A stretch of 64,000 nt of DNA from contig OZ257142.1 in assembly GCA_965279035.1 (NCBI GenBank), forward strand, positions 448,001 to 512,000, read 5' to 3'. Every line of letters begins with the position of its first letter. The stretch's first letter is position 1. This DNA comes from Bacteroidia bacterium. Its GTDB lineage: Bacteria > Bacteroidota > Bacteroidia > M30B66. Below the pieces are notes generated by a model. The model was not told the origin of the DNA, searched no databases, and was given only the letters and a program-made list of their open reading frames with translations. Both the position numbers and the translations under genes were made by a program. This document shows, one piece after another, positions 1-10,333 of the stretch.

Positions 1-3000
1 CCACTTAGTCCGAATGCTGGTTCTGACCAACAACTCTGCGCTTCATCCACCAGCTTAGCAGCAACTCCAGCAACCGGCGGCGCTTGGACATTAGTAAGCG
101 GAAGCGGAACTCTGGCTAACGCATCTTCTGCAACATCCGGTGTTACTGGACTTTCCAACGGAGTGAGTGTGTTTCGTTGGACTATTCCAGGTGGAGCGTG
201 TGGTAATGTGAGCGATGAGGTAAGTATTACAGTTGATAGTCCACCGAGCACGTCCAATGCGGGAATTGATCAATCAATTTGTTCAACAGTGGCAACTCTT
301 GCTGCCAATACTCCAAGTTCTGGAACTGGGCTTTGGACTGTTGTTTCTGGTTCGGGTTTGTTTGCAAATGCCAATAGTCCGAGTACTTCGGTTTCTGGAT
401 TATCGGTCGGTGTCAATGTGCTTCGCTGGACAATATCCAACGGAACCTGTAGTGCTTCAACCGATGTTGTTTCAATAACGGTTGACAATAATCCGGTATC
501 ACCCAATGCTGGCCCAGATCAAACATTATGTGCATCAACTACAACATTAGCAGCGACAGCAAGTTCGGGCGGTTCATGGACCTTGATAAGTGGAACGGGA
601 ACAATTCAAAATGCCACCTCAGCAACATCAAGCGTTAGCGGACTTTCCATTGGCACGAATGTTTTTCGTTGGACCATTCCAGGCGGTGCATGTGGAAATG
701 TATCTGATGATGTAAGTATACTCGTTCAAGCTCCGCCTTCTGTTTCAGTTGCAGGTTCTGATCAAGTAATTTGTACTTCTTTTACAAGCATGGCAGCAAC
801 TGCTCCAACCATTGGAACTGGAGCTTGGTCAGTTGTTAGTGGTTCGGGGCTTTTTGGAAATGCCAATTCAGCCACTAGTTCAGTTACAGGATTGTCGTCT
901 GGCAATAATGTATTTCGTTGGACCATCAGCAATGGTGTTTGTTCAACTTCAAGTGATGATGTAACGATTACGGTTTCAACTTCTCCGGCTACGCCGAATG
1001 CCGGCTCCGATCAAACCTTATGTGCAAGTTCATCAACATTATCTGCTAGTCCTTCGGGAGGAATTTGGACAGTAGTTTCCGGAACGGCAACATTTCAAAA
1101 TGCATCTTCAGCGACGTCTTCAGTATCCGGTCTTTCAACAGGAATCAATGTGCTACGTTGGACCATCGACGGAGGTGCTTGTGCCGATGTAAGTGATGAT
1201 ATTACAATCACCGTTCAGTCGCCTCCAACTACTGCTAATGCTGGCTCGGATCAAAGTATTTGTTCTACTTCGGCAACCTTAAATGGAAACTCTCCTTCAA
1301 CAGGAACAGGATTATGGACGGTGATTTCAGGAACTGCCACTTTTGCAAATGCTAGCTTAGCAAATACAACGGTTACAGGATTATCAATCGGAACAAACAT
1401 ACTTCGTTGGACCATCAGCAATGGAGTTTGTAGCGCATCAACAGATGATGTTTCTATCATTGTTGATTCCAATCCTTCAACACCATCGGCAGGCGTCGAC
1501 CAAACCATTTGTTCTACATCAACACAACTTTCAGCAAGTCCAAGCGGAGGAACATGGACTGTTGTAAGTGGAACGGCAAATTTCCAAAGCACATCTTCCC
1601 CAACATCAACTGTAACAGGCTTAGCAACCGGAATAAATATTCTACGCTGGACAATCACATCAGGAACTTGTCCAAGTGCAAGCGACGATGTTTCTATTAC
1701 AGTTCAAAGTCAACCTAGCACTGCATTGGCAGGAAATGACCAAACCATTTGTTCAACTACAGCGACTCTTTCAGGAAATACTCCTACTGTTGGATCTGGA
1801 ATATGGACCGTCGTATCGGGAACAGCCACATTTGCCAATGCTACTTTGCCTTCAACTTCGGTTACTGGATTATCAACTGGAATAAATATCTTACGTTGGA
1901 CAATTAGCAATGGAGTTTGTCCAACATCTTCCGACGATGTTTCAATTAATGTAGATTCAAATCCAACAACCCCATCAGCTGGAATAGATCAAACCATTTG
2001 TTCATCATCTACTCAGCTTTCTGCAAGTCCAGCAACTGGATCATGGACCGTTGTAAGTGGTTCAGCTACATTTCTAAATGCAAGTTTGGCAACATCAACT
2101 GTAACTGGCCTCGCTGCAGGTATTAATGTTTTACGCTGGACTGTCACTTCGGGAACATGCCCCAGTGCATCCGACGATATAACAATCACAGTACAAACAA
2201 CACCAAGCACGGCAGCAGCAGGTACCGATCAAACTATTTGTTCCACTTCTACCACCTTATCTGCAAATTCACCCATCAACGGAACAGGAAGCTGGTCGGT
2301 GATCTCAGGTACTGCAACATTTGCTAACACCACGCTGGCAACAACATCCATTACCGGACTTTCAGTTGGCAACAATGTACTTCGTTGGACTATCAGCAAT
2401 GGTGTTTGTCCAGTATCTACCGATGATGTTACGATTTTAGTTGATGCCAATCCTTCAAGTCCATCGGCAGGAATTGATCAAACTATTTGTACCTCTTCTA
2501 CACAATTGTCGGCTAGTCCAACAGGAGGAATTTGGACAGTGATTAGCGGTGCTGCAACGTTTCAAAATTCAAGTTCGGCAACATCAAACGTTACAGGACT
2601 TTCCAACGGAGTAAACATTCTACGTTGGACTATTACTTCAGGAACTTGTCCAAGCGTATTTGACGAAGTGAGTATCACCGTGCAAACGCTTCCTACAACT
2701 TCTGCTGCAGGAACAGACCAATCCATTTGTTCTACAAACGCCACTTTAGCTGCTAATAATGCAAGCGTGGGCAATGGGATTTGGACTGTTGTAAATGGCT
2801 CAGGAACTTTTGCCAATGCGAATTCTGCAAGTTCAACTGTTTCAGGATTAACGGCAGGAGTGAATACGTTTCGTTGGACAATTAGCAATGGAGTTTGTCC
2901 TGTTTCGAGTGATGATGTTGTGATCACGGTTCAAACAACACCAGCAACGCCCAATGCAGGAGCAGATCAAAGCATCTGTTCTTCTTCAACAAATCTTTCT

Positions 3001-6000
3001 GCAACAGCTGTAAGCGGAGCTGTATGGTCTGTTGTAAGCGGAAGCGGAACATTTGCAAATTCATCATTAGCAAACACGCTGGTTACAGGACTTTCCAACG
3101 GGCTCAACGTATTTCGATGGACTGTAAGTGGAGGAACTTGTCCCAATGCAACAGATGATGTTTTTATTGCAGTGGATCAAGCACCAACAGTTTCCAATGC
3201 AGGTGCTAATCAGTCGATTTGCTCAACAGTTACCTTGCTTGCTGCCAATACACCTCTTATTGGAAGTGGCGTTTGGTCAGTTGTTTCCGGTACAGGATCA
3301 TTTTCCAATGCCAATAATCCTCAAGCTTCCGTTTCGGGTCTTTCGGTAGGAAACAATGTGCTTCGCTGGACCATTTCAAATGGAACTTGCACTCCTTCTC
3401 AAAGTACGGTAACCATTACGGTTGATAACAACCCACTATCACCCAATGCAGGTTCCGATCAGATCATTTGTTCTAACTCTACAACGCTCTCTGCAACCGC
3501 AGCATCAGGAGCTTTCTGGTCGGTAATTAGCGGATCAGGAACAATTCAAAATACCTCAAACGCATCAACATCTGTTTCGGGATTATCCAATGGTGCTAAT
3601 GTATTTCGCTGGACTATTCCAGGTGCTTCTTGTGGAAACGTTTCTGATGATGTTACCATTGTTGTTCAATCTCCGCCATCAACTTCTGCCGCTGGTCAAG
3701 ATCAAACCATCTGTTCAACATCAACAAGTTTAGCTGCCAATAATCCAATAACAGGAAACGGCACATGGACAGTGATAAGCGGTTCTGCAACATTCTCCAA
3801 TGCGAATTCTCCAACAACAACAGTATCTGGTCTATCAACAGGAGTTAATGTTTTACGATGGTCTATAAGCAATGGAGTTTGTACAGCATCTACCGACGAT
3901 GTTACTATTATTGTTACAGCCTCACCGGCAACACCCTCTGCGGGTTCAGATCAAACTATTTGTTCTTCAACAACCAATGTTACTGCTAGTCCAGCTGTAG
4001 GAACTTGGTCGCTTATAAGCGGTTCCGGGATTATTTCAAATCCAACTTCCGCATCAACTAGCATTACTGGTTTAACAGCTGGCACAAGCATCTTCCGTTG
4101 GACTATTGATGGTGGAACTTGTCCAGATGTTTCGGATGATGTTTCCATCACCATTCAAGCATTACCGACCACATCAAATGCCGGCTCTGATCAATCGATT
4201 TGTTCAACATCTGCAAGCCTTTCGGGCAATTCACCTCTTTCTGGATCAGGTACTTGGACAGTCGTTTCAGGTAGTGGAACTTTTGCCAACGCAACACTCT
4301 TTAACACTACTGTTTCGGGCTTGTTTACTGGAACTAATGTGTTTCGTTGGACCATCAGCAATGGAGTTTGTCCCGTTTCGTTTGATGATGTTTCCATTAT
4401 TGTTGATGCCAATCCTGTGAATCCATCTGCAGGTTCTGATCAAACCATCTGTTCTTCAACAACACAACTTTCGGCTAGTCCAAATGGTGGAACGTGGTCT
4501 CTGGTAAGTGGTACAGCAACTTTCCAAAATAGCACTTCAGCTACAAGCACCGTTACAGGTTTACAAACGGGAACTAATGTGTTGAGGTGGACGGTAAGTT
4601 CTGGTTCATGTCCATCCGTTTCGGATGATGTTACGATAACAGTTCAACAAACTCCTACTACTGCAAATGCTGGAATAGATCAAACCATTTGTACTTCATC
4701 AACTACACTCAATGCGAATGTCCCAAGCGTCGGAACGGGTGTTTGGTCGGTTGTTTCGGGCGCTGCCACTTTTGTAAATGCTACCTCTGCTTCAACGGCC
4801 ATTTCAGGATTGTCTTCAGGCTTAACAATTCTTCGATGGACTATTAGCAATGGTGTTTGTGCGTCTTCTTCGGATGATGTTTCGATTCTTGTTGAAACCG
4901 GCCCGGGGACAGCCTTTGCCGGTGCTGATCAATCGGTTTGTTCATCAACGGTTACCTTAGCAGCCACTCCTGCAACAGGTGGTTTATGGAGCTTGATTTC
5001 TGGTTCTGGAACTATAGCGAATGCAAGTCTTGCCAATACTGTCGTTACTGGATTGACTGTTGGAACCAGCGTTTTTCGTTGGACAGTAAGCTCCGGATCT
5101 TGTGCTTCTGTTTCAGATGAAGTGAGCATCATGGTTAACAATCCTCCTAGCGCTTCCAATGCAGGAATTGACCAAACCATTTGTCTCACATCTGCTGCAC
5201 TTTCTGCAAATGTACCTAGTACAGGAACCGGTGTTTGGTCGGTTATCTCCGGTTCTGGATTTTTTGCCAATGCAAACCTCCCTAACACGAGCATTTCGGG
5301 GCTATCTGTTGGAGTGAATGTTTTACGATGGACCATTAGCAATAGCAATTGTACTCCATCAACCGATGAAGTTTCCATTACAGTTCTTCAAGCCCCTAGC
5401 AATGTTCAAGCGGGAGTAGATCAAGTAATTTGTGGAACAGTTGCAACGCTTTCGGCTACTGCGCCAGCTCAAGGGTCTGGTCATTGGACTGTCGTTTCGG
5501 GTGCAGGTGTCTTTGCTAATGCCAATGCTGCGAGCACCTCAGTAACAGGGATTTCATCTGGTACAAATGTTTATCGATGGACAGTAAGTAATGGATCTTG
5601 TGCTACTGCTTCAGATGAAATAACCATTCTATCTTCTGCTTTACCAACTACGTCTAATGCTGGTTCCGACCAAACTATTTGCTCCAACACGGCAACCATC
5701 CAAGGAAATTTTGCAACGGTTGGCACTGGTGCTTGGTCGGTTATTTCGGGTGGAGGCATTATCCAAAACAACAGCTTGCCGCAAACAACTGTAACGAATT
5801 TGCAAACTGGAATCAATGTTTTCCGTTGGACAATTAGCAATGGAACATGCTCACCTTCGACCGATGATGTTACCATAAATGTAATCGCTCCAGTTGTTTC
5901 GAATGCGGGAGCAGATCAAGATATTTGTAGCACATCGGCTACGTTTCAAGCAGTTTTGCCTTCCGGAACAACTGGTTTATGGAATGTAGTTTCTGGTTCG

Positions 6001-8919
6001 GGAATTATTCAAACGCCTAGTTCTCCAACATCACAAATCAGCAATTTAGGCATCGGCGCCAATGTGTTTCAATGGAATGTTAATAATGGTGTTTGTCCTT
6101 CTGCAACATCAACAGTTACTATTACACGATTTGCAGACCCTTCGGATGCTAATGCCGGCACCGACTTTCAAACTTGTGCTAATTCAGCAAACCTATCAGC
6201 CAACATACCATCTATCGGAACGGGTTTTTGGTCAGTCGTTTCGGGTTCGGGAACGTTTTCAAACCCTACTTTAGCAACTAGCGCAGTAACGGGCTTAACT
6301 GCTGGAATCAATCAATTTGAATGGGCTATTTCAAATGGTCCTTGCGGAATTAAACGCGACACCATTGCTGTGACAGTTGATCAAAATCCAACCTCCGCTT
6401 TTGCAGGAAGTGATCAACAGCTTTGTGCTTCAACTGCAACATGCACGGCTACAGCACCAAGTTCTGGAACTGGATTATGGACCTTAATATCGGGTGTTGG
6501 AACCATTGCAAATCCTACATTGGCAAATACTAGTTTGAGCAATCTTGGCGCAGGAAACAATGTTTTTCGATGGACAATTTCCAATGGAACCTGTGTTACG
6601 TTTGATGAAGTTACCATTACCCGATTTTTACCACCAAGCACTGCCATTGCAGGAACAAATCTCATCATCTGTTCATCATCCGCTAGCTTAAGCGCAAATA
6701 TTCCAGTCGTTGGAACAGGTATTTGGACTGTACTTTCTGGATCAGGAACTTTTGCACAAGCAAGTTCAGCTACAACAACAGTTAATAATCTGGGAGCTGG
6801 TGCAAACGTGCTTTCATGGACAATTAGTAATGGTGTTTGTCCTGCTTCTTCCGATCAGGTAACCATCGATCAACAACAAGCACCAACACCTGCTGCAGCT
6901 GGCAACGATCAAGAAATTTGTGCTTCAACGGCTGTTTTAAACGCCAATCTTCCAATCATTGGCAATGGTGTTTGGTCTTTATTAAGTGGTTCAGGAACAC
7001 TCGAAGATGCTCTTTCTCCTACAAGCACTATTTCTGGTCTTGGTGCTGGGGAAAATGTGTTTCAATGGTCAACATTGAATGGACTTTGTCCAGCCTCAAC
7101 CGATCAAGTAATCATTACACGTGATGTTGCTCCATCTGCTGCTTTTGCTGGAATTGATATTTCAACCTGTTCAAATGCTGCAACACTCAGTGCTCAAATT
7201 CCTACGATTGGTACAGGTGTTTGGACAATCTTAACAGGAAGTGGAAATCTTTCATCCTCAACTTCTCCGGATGCCAATATTTCGAATCTTTTAATCGGTG
7301 AAACTCAATTGCAATGGGCTGTTAGCAATGGTGTTTGTCCAACTTCATTCGATTCAATTAGCATCACAGCGTTTGCATCTCCCGCCCAGGCGTATGCAGG
7401 CATCGATGAAACAATCTGTTCCGATAGTATTTTTCTTGTTGGAAACACTTCTGTAGGAAGTAATTATTCTTGGGAAATGCTGGTTGGGCAAGCGGATTTC
7501 GAAGATTCAAGTTCTGTTCAAACTGCAATCATCAACATTGCTCCTGGAAATAATCTCATACGATATTCTATATCAAATGGCCCATGCAGCACTGCTGACT
7601 CTATTCAGATTTTCCGTTACGAATTGCCATCTCCTGCAAATGCTGGAACGGATAGTGTTTTCTGTTCCGATCAATTTTTAACACAAGCAACAATACCTCT
7701 CGTTGGTCAAGGAACTTGGACTTCTCTTTCCGGGGAAATTGTTTTTTCAGATTCTAGCTTAGCTCAAACAAGCATCTCTGGACTTGTTGAAGGAACAAAT
7801 ACGCTGGTTTGGTTGGTCGAAAATGGTGCTTGTCCTTCGAATGCAGACACGGTAAATTTGATGCGCGATGTGCCCTCAGAAATAGCTTCTGCCATGGCAG
7901 ATACAAACGTTTGTGTTGCGAATTTGCAAATACAGGCTCTGGCTCCAATTAATGCAATAGGCCATTGGGAACTGATTTCGGGCGATGCTCAAATCGTAGA
8001 TTCTACTTTAGCTCAAACCGAAATTGGCATGTCGGCCGAAGGCGAAAACATGCTCGTTTGGACACTTAGCGAAGGATCTTGTCGTAGCTCAGACTCTGTT
8101 TTAATATCGTTCAACTATGATCCTTTTCCACTGTTTGCAGGAGAAGATCAATCGGTTTGTGGACTCATTACCAACCTAGAAGCCCTCGATTCAGGAATTG
8201 GAGTTGGGCAATGGTCGCTTCTTTTATCCGATGGAACTTTATCCGATCCAAACGACCCCAATTCAACGTTTTCTGTAGATTATGCAGCTCAGAGACATGT
8301 AATTTGGACGGTAGTAAATGGATTCTGTTCTGCGAGCGATACGGTAAATATCAATTTTCTTGATTTCCCTATTTCTGATGCAGGTCCCGATTTGATTGGT
8401 TGTTTAGGAGATACAACAGCACTTCAAGCAGTTATCCCTGATTTTGGAGTTGGAACATGGACGGTCTTAACTCCTGGCGGAAATGTGTTCGAGCCTGGTT
8501 TTCAAAACAGCAATTTTACAGCTTCGGAGCAAGGAAATTATTATGTCCGATGGACGGTTGTGAATGATGTATGTAGAGATTCTTCCTATACTGTAGTAAC
8601 AGTGTATGGTCCAGATGATCCTGAATGTAAAGGTCCTGATGTTGTATTCATTCCGGAAGGTTTTTCTCCAAACAATGATGGTGTTTTAGACAAATTTGTC
8701 ATTGTAAAACCTCAAACTAAACGAGCATCTTTAGAGGTTTTTGATCGTTACGGAATATTAGTTTATAGTAATTCTGACTATCAAAACGATTGGGACGGAA
8801 CAGCTCAAAACGGAACCATTCTACAAGGAACTCAACTTCCTGAAAGCACGTATTATTACCTATTGAAAGTGGATGGGGAAACAGAAACTCGGAAAGGATA
8901 TTTCACTTTGTGGCGTTAA
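1..8919 (+). CDS. Giant repetitive surface protein/adhesin with T9SS type B (gliding-motility-associated, CHU_C-like) C-terminal domain; 5' end lies upstream of the window
   Basis: Frame is open from base 1 (PLSPNAGSDQQLC...). I count 35 repeats of AGxDQxIC...W(S/T)(V/L)(V/I)SG...GxNxxRWTIxNGxC. C-terminus IPEGFSPNNDG...VFDRYG...WDG...YYY...KGYFTLWR is typical of type B sorting domains. Confidence 0.88.
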   Translation, partial: PLSPNAGSDQQLCASSTSLAATPATGGAWTLVSGSGTLANASSATSGVTGLSNGVSVFRWTIPGGACGNVSDEVSITVDSPPSTSNAGIDQSICSTVATLAANTPSSGTGLWTVVSGSGLFANANSPSTSVSGLSVGVNVLRWTISNGTCSASTDVVSITVDNNPVSPNAGPDQTLCASTTTLAATASSGGSWTLISGTGTIQNATSATSSVSGLSIGTNVFRWTIPGGACGNVSDDVSILVQAPPSVSVAGSDQVICTSFTSMAATAPTIGTGAWSVVSGSGLFGNANSATSSVTGLSSGNNVFRWTISNGVCSTSSDDVTITVSTSPATPNAGSDQTLCASSSTLSASPSGGIWTVVSGTATFQNASSATSSVSGLSTGINVLRWTIDGGACADVSDDITITVQSPPTTANAGSDQSICSTSATLNGNSPSTGTGLWTVISGTATFANASLANTTVTGLSIGTNILRWTISNGVCSASTDDVSIIVDSNPSTPSAGVDQTICSTSTQLSASPSGGTWTVVSGTANFQSTSSPTSTVTGLATGINILRWTITSGTCPSASDDVSITVQSQPSTALAGNDQTICSTTATLSGNTPTVGSGIWTVVSGTATFANATLPSTSVTGLSTGINILRWTISNGVCPTSSDDVSINVDSNPTTPSAGIDQTICSSSTQLSASPATGSWTVVSGSATFLNASLATSTVTGLAAGINVLRWTVTSGTCPSASDDITITVQTTPSTAAAGTDQTICSTSTTLSANSPINGTGSWSVISGTATFANTTLATTSITGLSVGNNVLRWTISNGVCPVSTDDVTILVDANPSSPSAGIDQTICTSSTQLSASPTGGIWTVISGAATFQNSSSATSNVTGLSNGVNILRWTITSGTCPSVFDEVSITVQTLPTTSAAGTDQSICSTNATLAANNASVGNGIWTVVNGSGTFANANSASSTVSGLTAGVNTFRWTISNGVCPVSSDDVVITVQTTPATPNAGADQSICSSSTNLSATAVSGAVWSVVSGSGTFANSSLANTLVTGLSNGLNVFRWTVSGGTCPNATDDVFIAVDQAPTVSNAGANQSICSTVTLLAANTPLIGSGVWSVVSGTGSFSNANNPQASVSGLSVGNNVLRWTISNGTCTPSQSTVTITVDNNPLSPNAGSDQIICSNSTTLSATAASGAFWSVISGSGTIQNTSNASTSVSGLSNGANVFRWTIPGASCGNVSDDVTIVVQSPPSTSAAGQDQTICSTSTSLAANNPITGNGTWTVISGSATFSNANSPTTTVSGLSTGVNVLRWSISNGVCTASTDDVTIIVTASPATPSAGSDQTICSSTTNVTASPAVGTWSLISGSGIISNPTSASTSITGLTAGTSIFRWTIDGGTCPDVSDDVSITIQALPTTSNAGSDQSICSTSASLSGNSPLSGSGTWTVVSGSGTFANATLFNTTVSGLFTGTNVFRWTISNGVCPVSFDDVSIIVDANPVNPSAGSDQTICSSTTQLSASPNGGTWSLVSGTATFQNSTSATSTVTGLQTGTNVLRWTVSSGSCPSVSDDVTITVQQTPTTANAGIDQTICTSSTTLNANVPSVGTGVWSVVSGAATFVNATSASTAISGLSSGLTILRWTISNGVCASSSDDVSILVETGPGTAFAGADQSVCSSTVTLAATPATGGLWSLISGSGTIANASLANTVVTGLTVGTSVFRWTVSSGSCASVSDEVSIMVNNPPSASNAGIDQTICLTSAALSANVPSTGTGVWSVISGSGFFANANLPNTSISGLSVGVNVLRWTISNSNCTPSTDEVSITVLQAPSNVQAGVDQVICGTVATLSATAPAQGSGHWTVVSGAGVFANANAASTSVTGISSGTNVYRWTVSNGSCATASDEITILSSALPTTSNAGSDQTICSNTATIQGNFATVGTGAWSVISGGGIIQNNSLPQTTVTNLQTGINVFRWTISNGTCSPSTDDVTINVIAPVVSNAGADQDICSTSATFQAVLPSGTTGLWNVVSGSGIIQTPSSPTSQISNLGIGANVFQWNVNNGVCPSATSTVTITRFADPSDANAGTDFQTCANSANLSANIPSIGTGFWSVVSGSGTFSNPTLATSAVTGLTAGINQFEWAISNGPCGIKRDTIAVTVDQNPTSAFAGSDQQLCASTATCTATAPSSGTGLWTLISGVGTIANPTLANTSLSNLGAGNNVFRWTISNGTCVTFDEVTITRFLPPSTAIAGTNLIICSSSASLSANIPVVGTGIWTVLSGSGTFAQASSATTTVNNLGAGANVLSWTISNGVCPASSDQVTIDQQQAPTPAAAGNDQEICASTAVLNANLPIIGNGVWSLLSGSGTLEDALSPTSTISGLGAGENVFQWSTLNGLCPASTDQVIITRDVAPSAAFAGIDISTCSNAATLSAQIPTIGTGVWTILTGSGNLSSSTSPDANISNLLIGETQLQWAVSNGVCPTSFDSISITAFASPAQAYAGIDETICSDSIFLVGNTSVGSNYSWEMLVGQADFEDSSSVQTAIINIAPGNNLIRYSISNGPCSTADSIQIFRYELPSPANAGTDSVFCSDQFLTQATIPLVGQGTWTSLSGEIVFSDSSLAQTSISGLVEGTNTLVWLVENGACPSNADTVNLMRDVPSEIASAMADTNVCVANLQIQALAPINAIGHWELISGDAQIVDSTLAQTEIGMSAEGENMLVWTLSEGSCRSSDSVLISFNYDPFPLFAGEDQSVCGLITNLEALDSGIGVGQWSLLLSDGTLSDPNDPNSTFSVDYAAQRHVIWTVVNGFCSASDTVNINFLDFPISDAGPDLIGCLGDTTALQAVIPDFGVGTWTVLTPGGNVFEPGFQNSNFTASEQGNYYVRWTVVNDVCRDSSYTVVTVYGPDDPECKGPDVVFIPEGFSPNNDGVLDKFVIVKPQTKRASLEVFDRYGILVYSNSDYQNDWDGTAQNGTILQGTQLPESTYYYLLKVDGETETRKGYFTLWR

Positions 8920-10304
8920 CGATTTAAAGTATTTACAATCTCGAAATACGCTTGACCTTTTTTAGCATTTATTCGGATTGTATCGCATCTCGTTTTCCCG
9001 CCAATGGCAGCCGTAGCATTAAATAATACTTCATTTTTCCCCGGCTCTAGAGGAATGCGAGTGTATGAAATCTGATTGGGTAAAGTTTGCCAGTTTCGAG
9101 TATCTGCTTGTTCTGTAATCGCATTTGCAATACTTAAAACGGTTCCAGCGTCTTTGTTTTCCTTTCTCAATGCGGCTTCAGCTGCTTTCTTAACAGCAAA
9201 ACGAATCAAAGCATTTCCCATTTCACGTGCAAAACGGTCGTTTAAACTTTTAAAGGCAATAGCATCAATATTCTCGGCTATTTCGAATGGATAAGTCTTT
9301 CCTCCAATTTGAGCATTGGCTGAGCGATAGAGCATTGGCCGATGAACATAACGCGGGAACGCAATGCGATACACACTTAATTGTGTTAAATTCTTGGCAT
9401 CTTCTTGACTCACACTATTTACAGGAAAAGGAAAACTATAGCCTAAAGCAGGATTCATAAATACAAACTGATCGCCTTGTTTCACTAAGTTAAAATCGAT
9501 CGACCACTGTTCTTTATATGGACCTAATCCATTATTCCAGAAAAGAATAAGTTCTGTTTTATTGGCCTTGGGAATGGTATCGGTTGATGAATAGCCAAAC
9601 TTTTTACGATAGAGTTCTTCTTCATTTCGAAAGCCATTTGCAGCTGCTGTTCTAAGAAGATCTTTTTTTAACTGTTCCGGAATCTGCATTTCGAAGAAGG
9701 AAGTATAATCGCCAGCATAAATATCATAGGCATTTCGGTATGCGATAAAGGCATTATTCATATCGCCACTTCCTTCGTATATCAATCCCATCAATAGATG
9801 CGCGAAAGCGTCTTCTTTGTATTTGGGTTTGCTTTTTAGCTTTTCAGCCATTGTAATTAGCGACAGATTCATTCTGCGACACTCAACCAAAGCGCCTTCA
9901 AAATCACGTTGTTTGAGGTAGTTCATCGCATTGAAATAATGCAACATCACCACTTCAAAATCTTCCGCTTTATAAGGTTTTACTCCTGGATTGACAATAA
10001 TTGATAACGCTTCATATCCGAGTGTTTTCCGATAATCTTCCATCAGGAAATCGGCTTCTTGAAAATATTGACTGCTCTCTTTGTATTTCCCTTGAGCAAA
10101 ATCAACATAGCCTAATTCAAGCAAGTACAAGAGTTTGTGCTTTTTCTTTTTACCCTTTTTAGATGATGTTAATTTAGATTCTGCTTCAGCATATTTCTCA
10201 GCATTGACTAAGGATAAAAAACGCTCGTGCCGCACATAATATGGGGCACAAGCGTTTAAAATAAATAGAAAAAATAGAATACTGCTAAGGCGTAAAAGAC
10301 GCAT
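8916..10304 (-). CDS. TPR-like lipoprotein, COG3014-like family
   Basis: Lipobox LNAC, helical TPR-like N-half, C-terminal ADTRNWQTLP motif; adjacent to an LpoB-like gene. Confidence 0.7.
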   Translation of the reverse strand: MRLLRLSSILFFLFILNACAPYYVRHERFLSLVNAEKYAEAESKLTSSKKGKKKKHKLLYLLELGYVDFAQGKYKESSQYFQEADFLMEDYRKTLGYEALSIIVNPGVKPYKAEDFEVVMLHYFNAMNYLKQRDFEGALVECRRMNLSLITMAEKLKSKPKYKEDAFAHLLMGLIYEGSGDMNNAFIAYRNAYDIYAGDYTSFFEMQIPEQLKKDLLRTAAANGFRNEEELYRKKFGYSSTDTIPKANKTELILFWNNGLGPYKEQWSIDFNLVKQGDQFVFMNPALGYSFPFPVNSVSQEDAKNLTQLSVYRIAFPRYVHRPMLYRSANAQIGGKTYPFEIAENIDAIAFKSLNDRFAREMGNALIRFAVKKAAEAALRKENKDAGTVLSIANAITEQADTRNWQTLPNQISYTRIPLEPGKNEVLFNATAAIGGKTRCDTIRINAKKGQAYFEIVNTLNR

Positions 10305-10333
10305 GCTTAAAGCGAAATAGGAAATGAAAAGGC

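Noticed and set aside
270-6668. Series of similar minus-strand ORFs (e.g. 1251-1658, 2562-2927, 4929-5378) inside the giant gene
   Set aside because: Antisense shadows of the repeated coding sequence; they recur with the repeat period and show no independent motifs.
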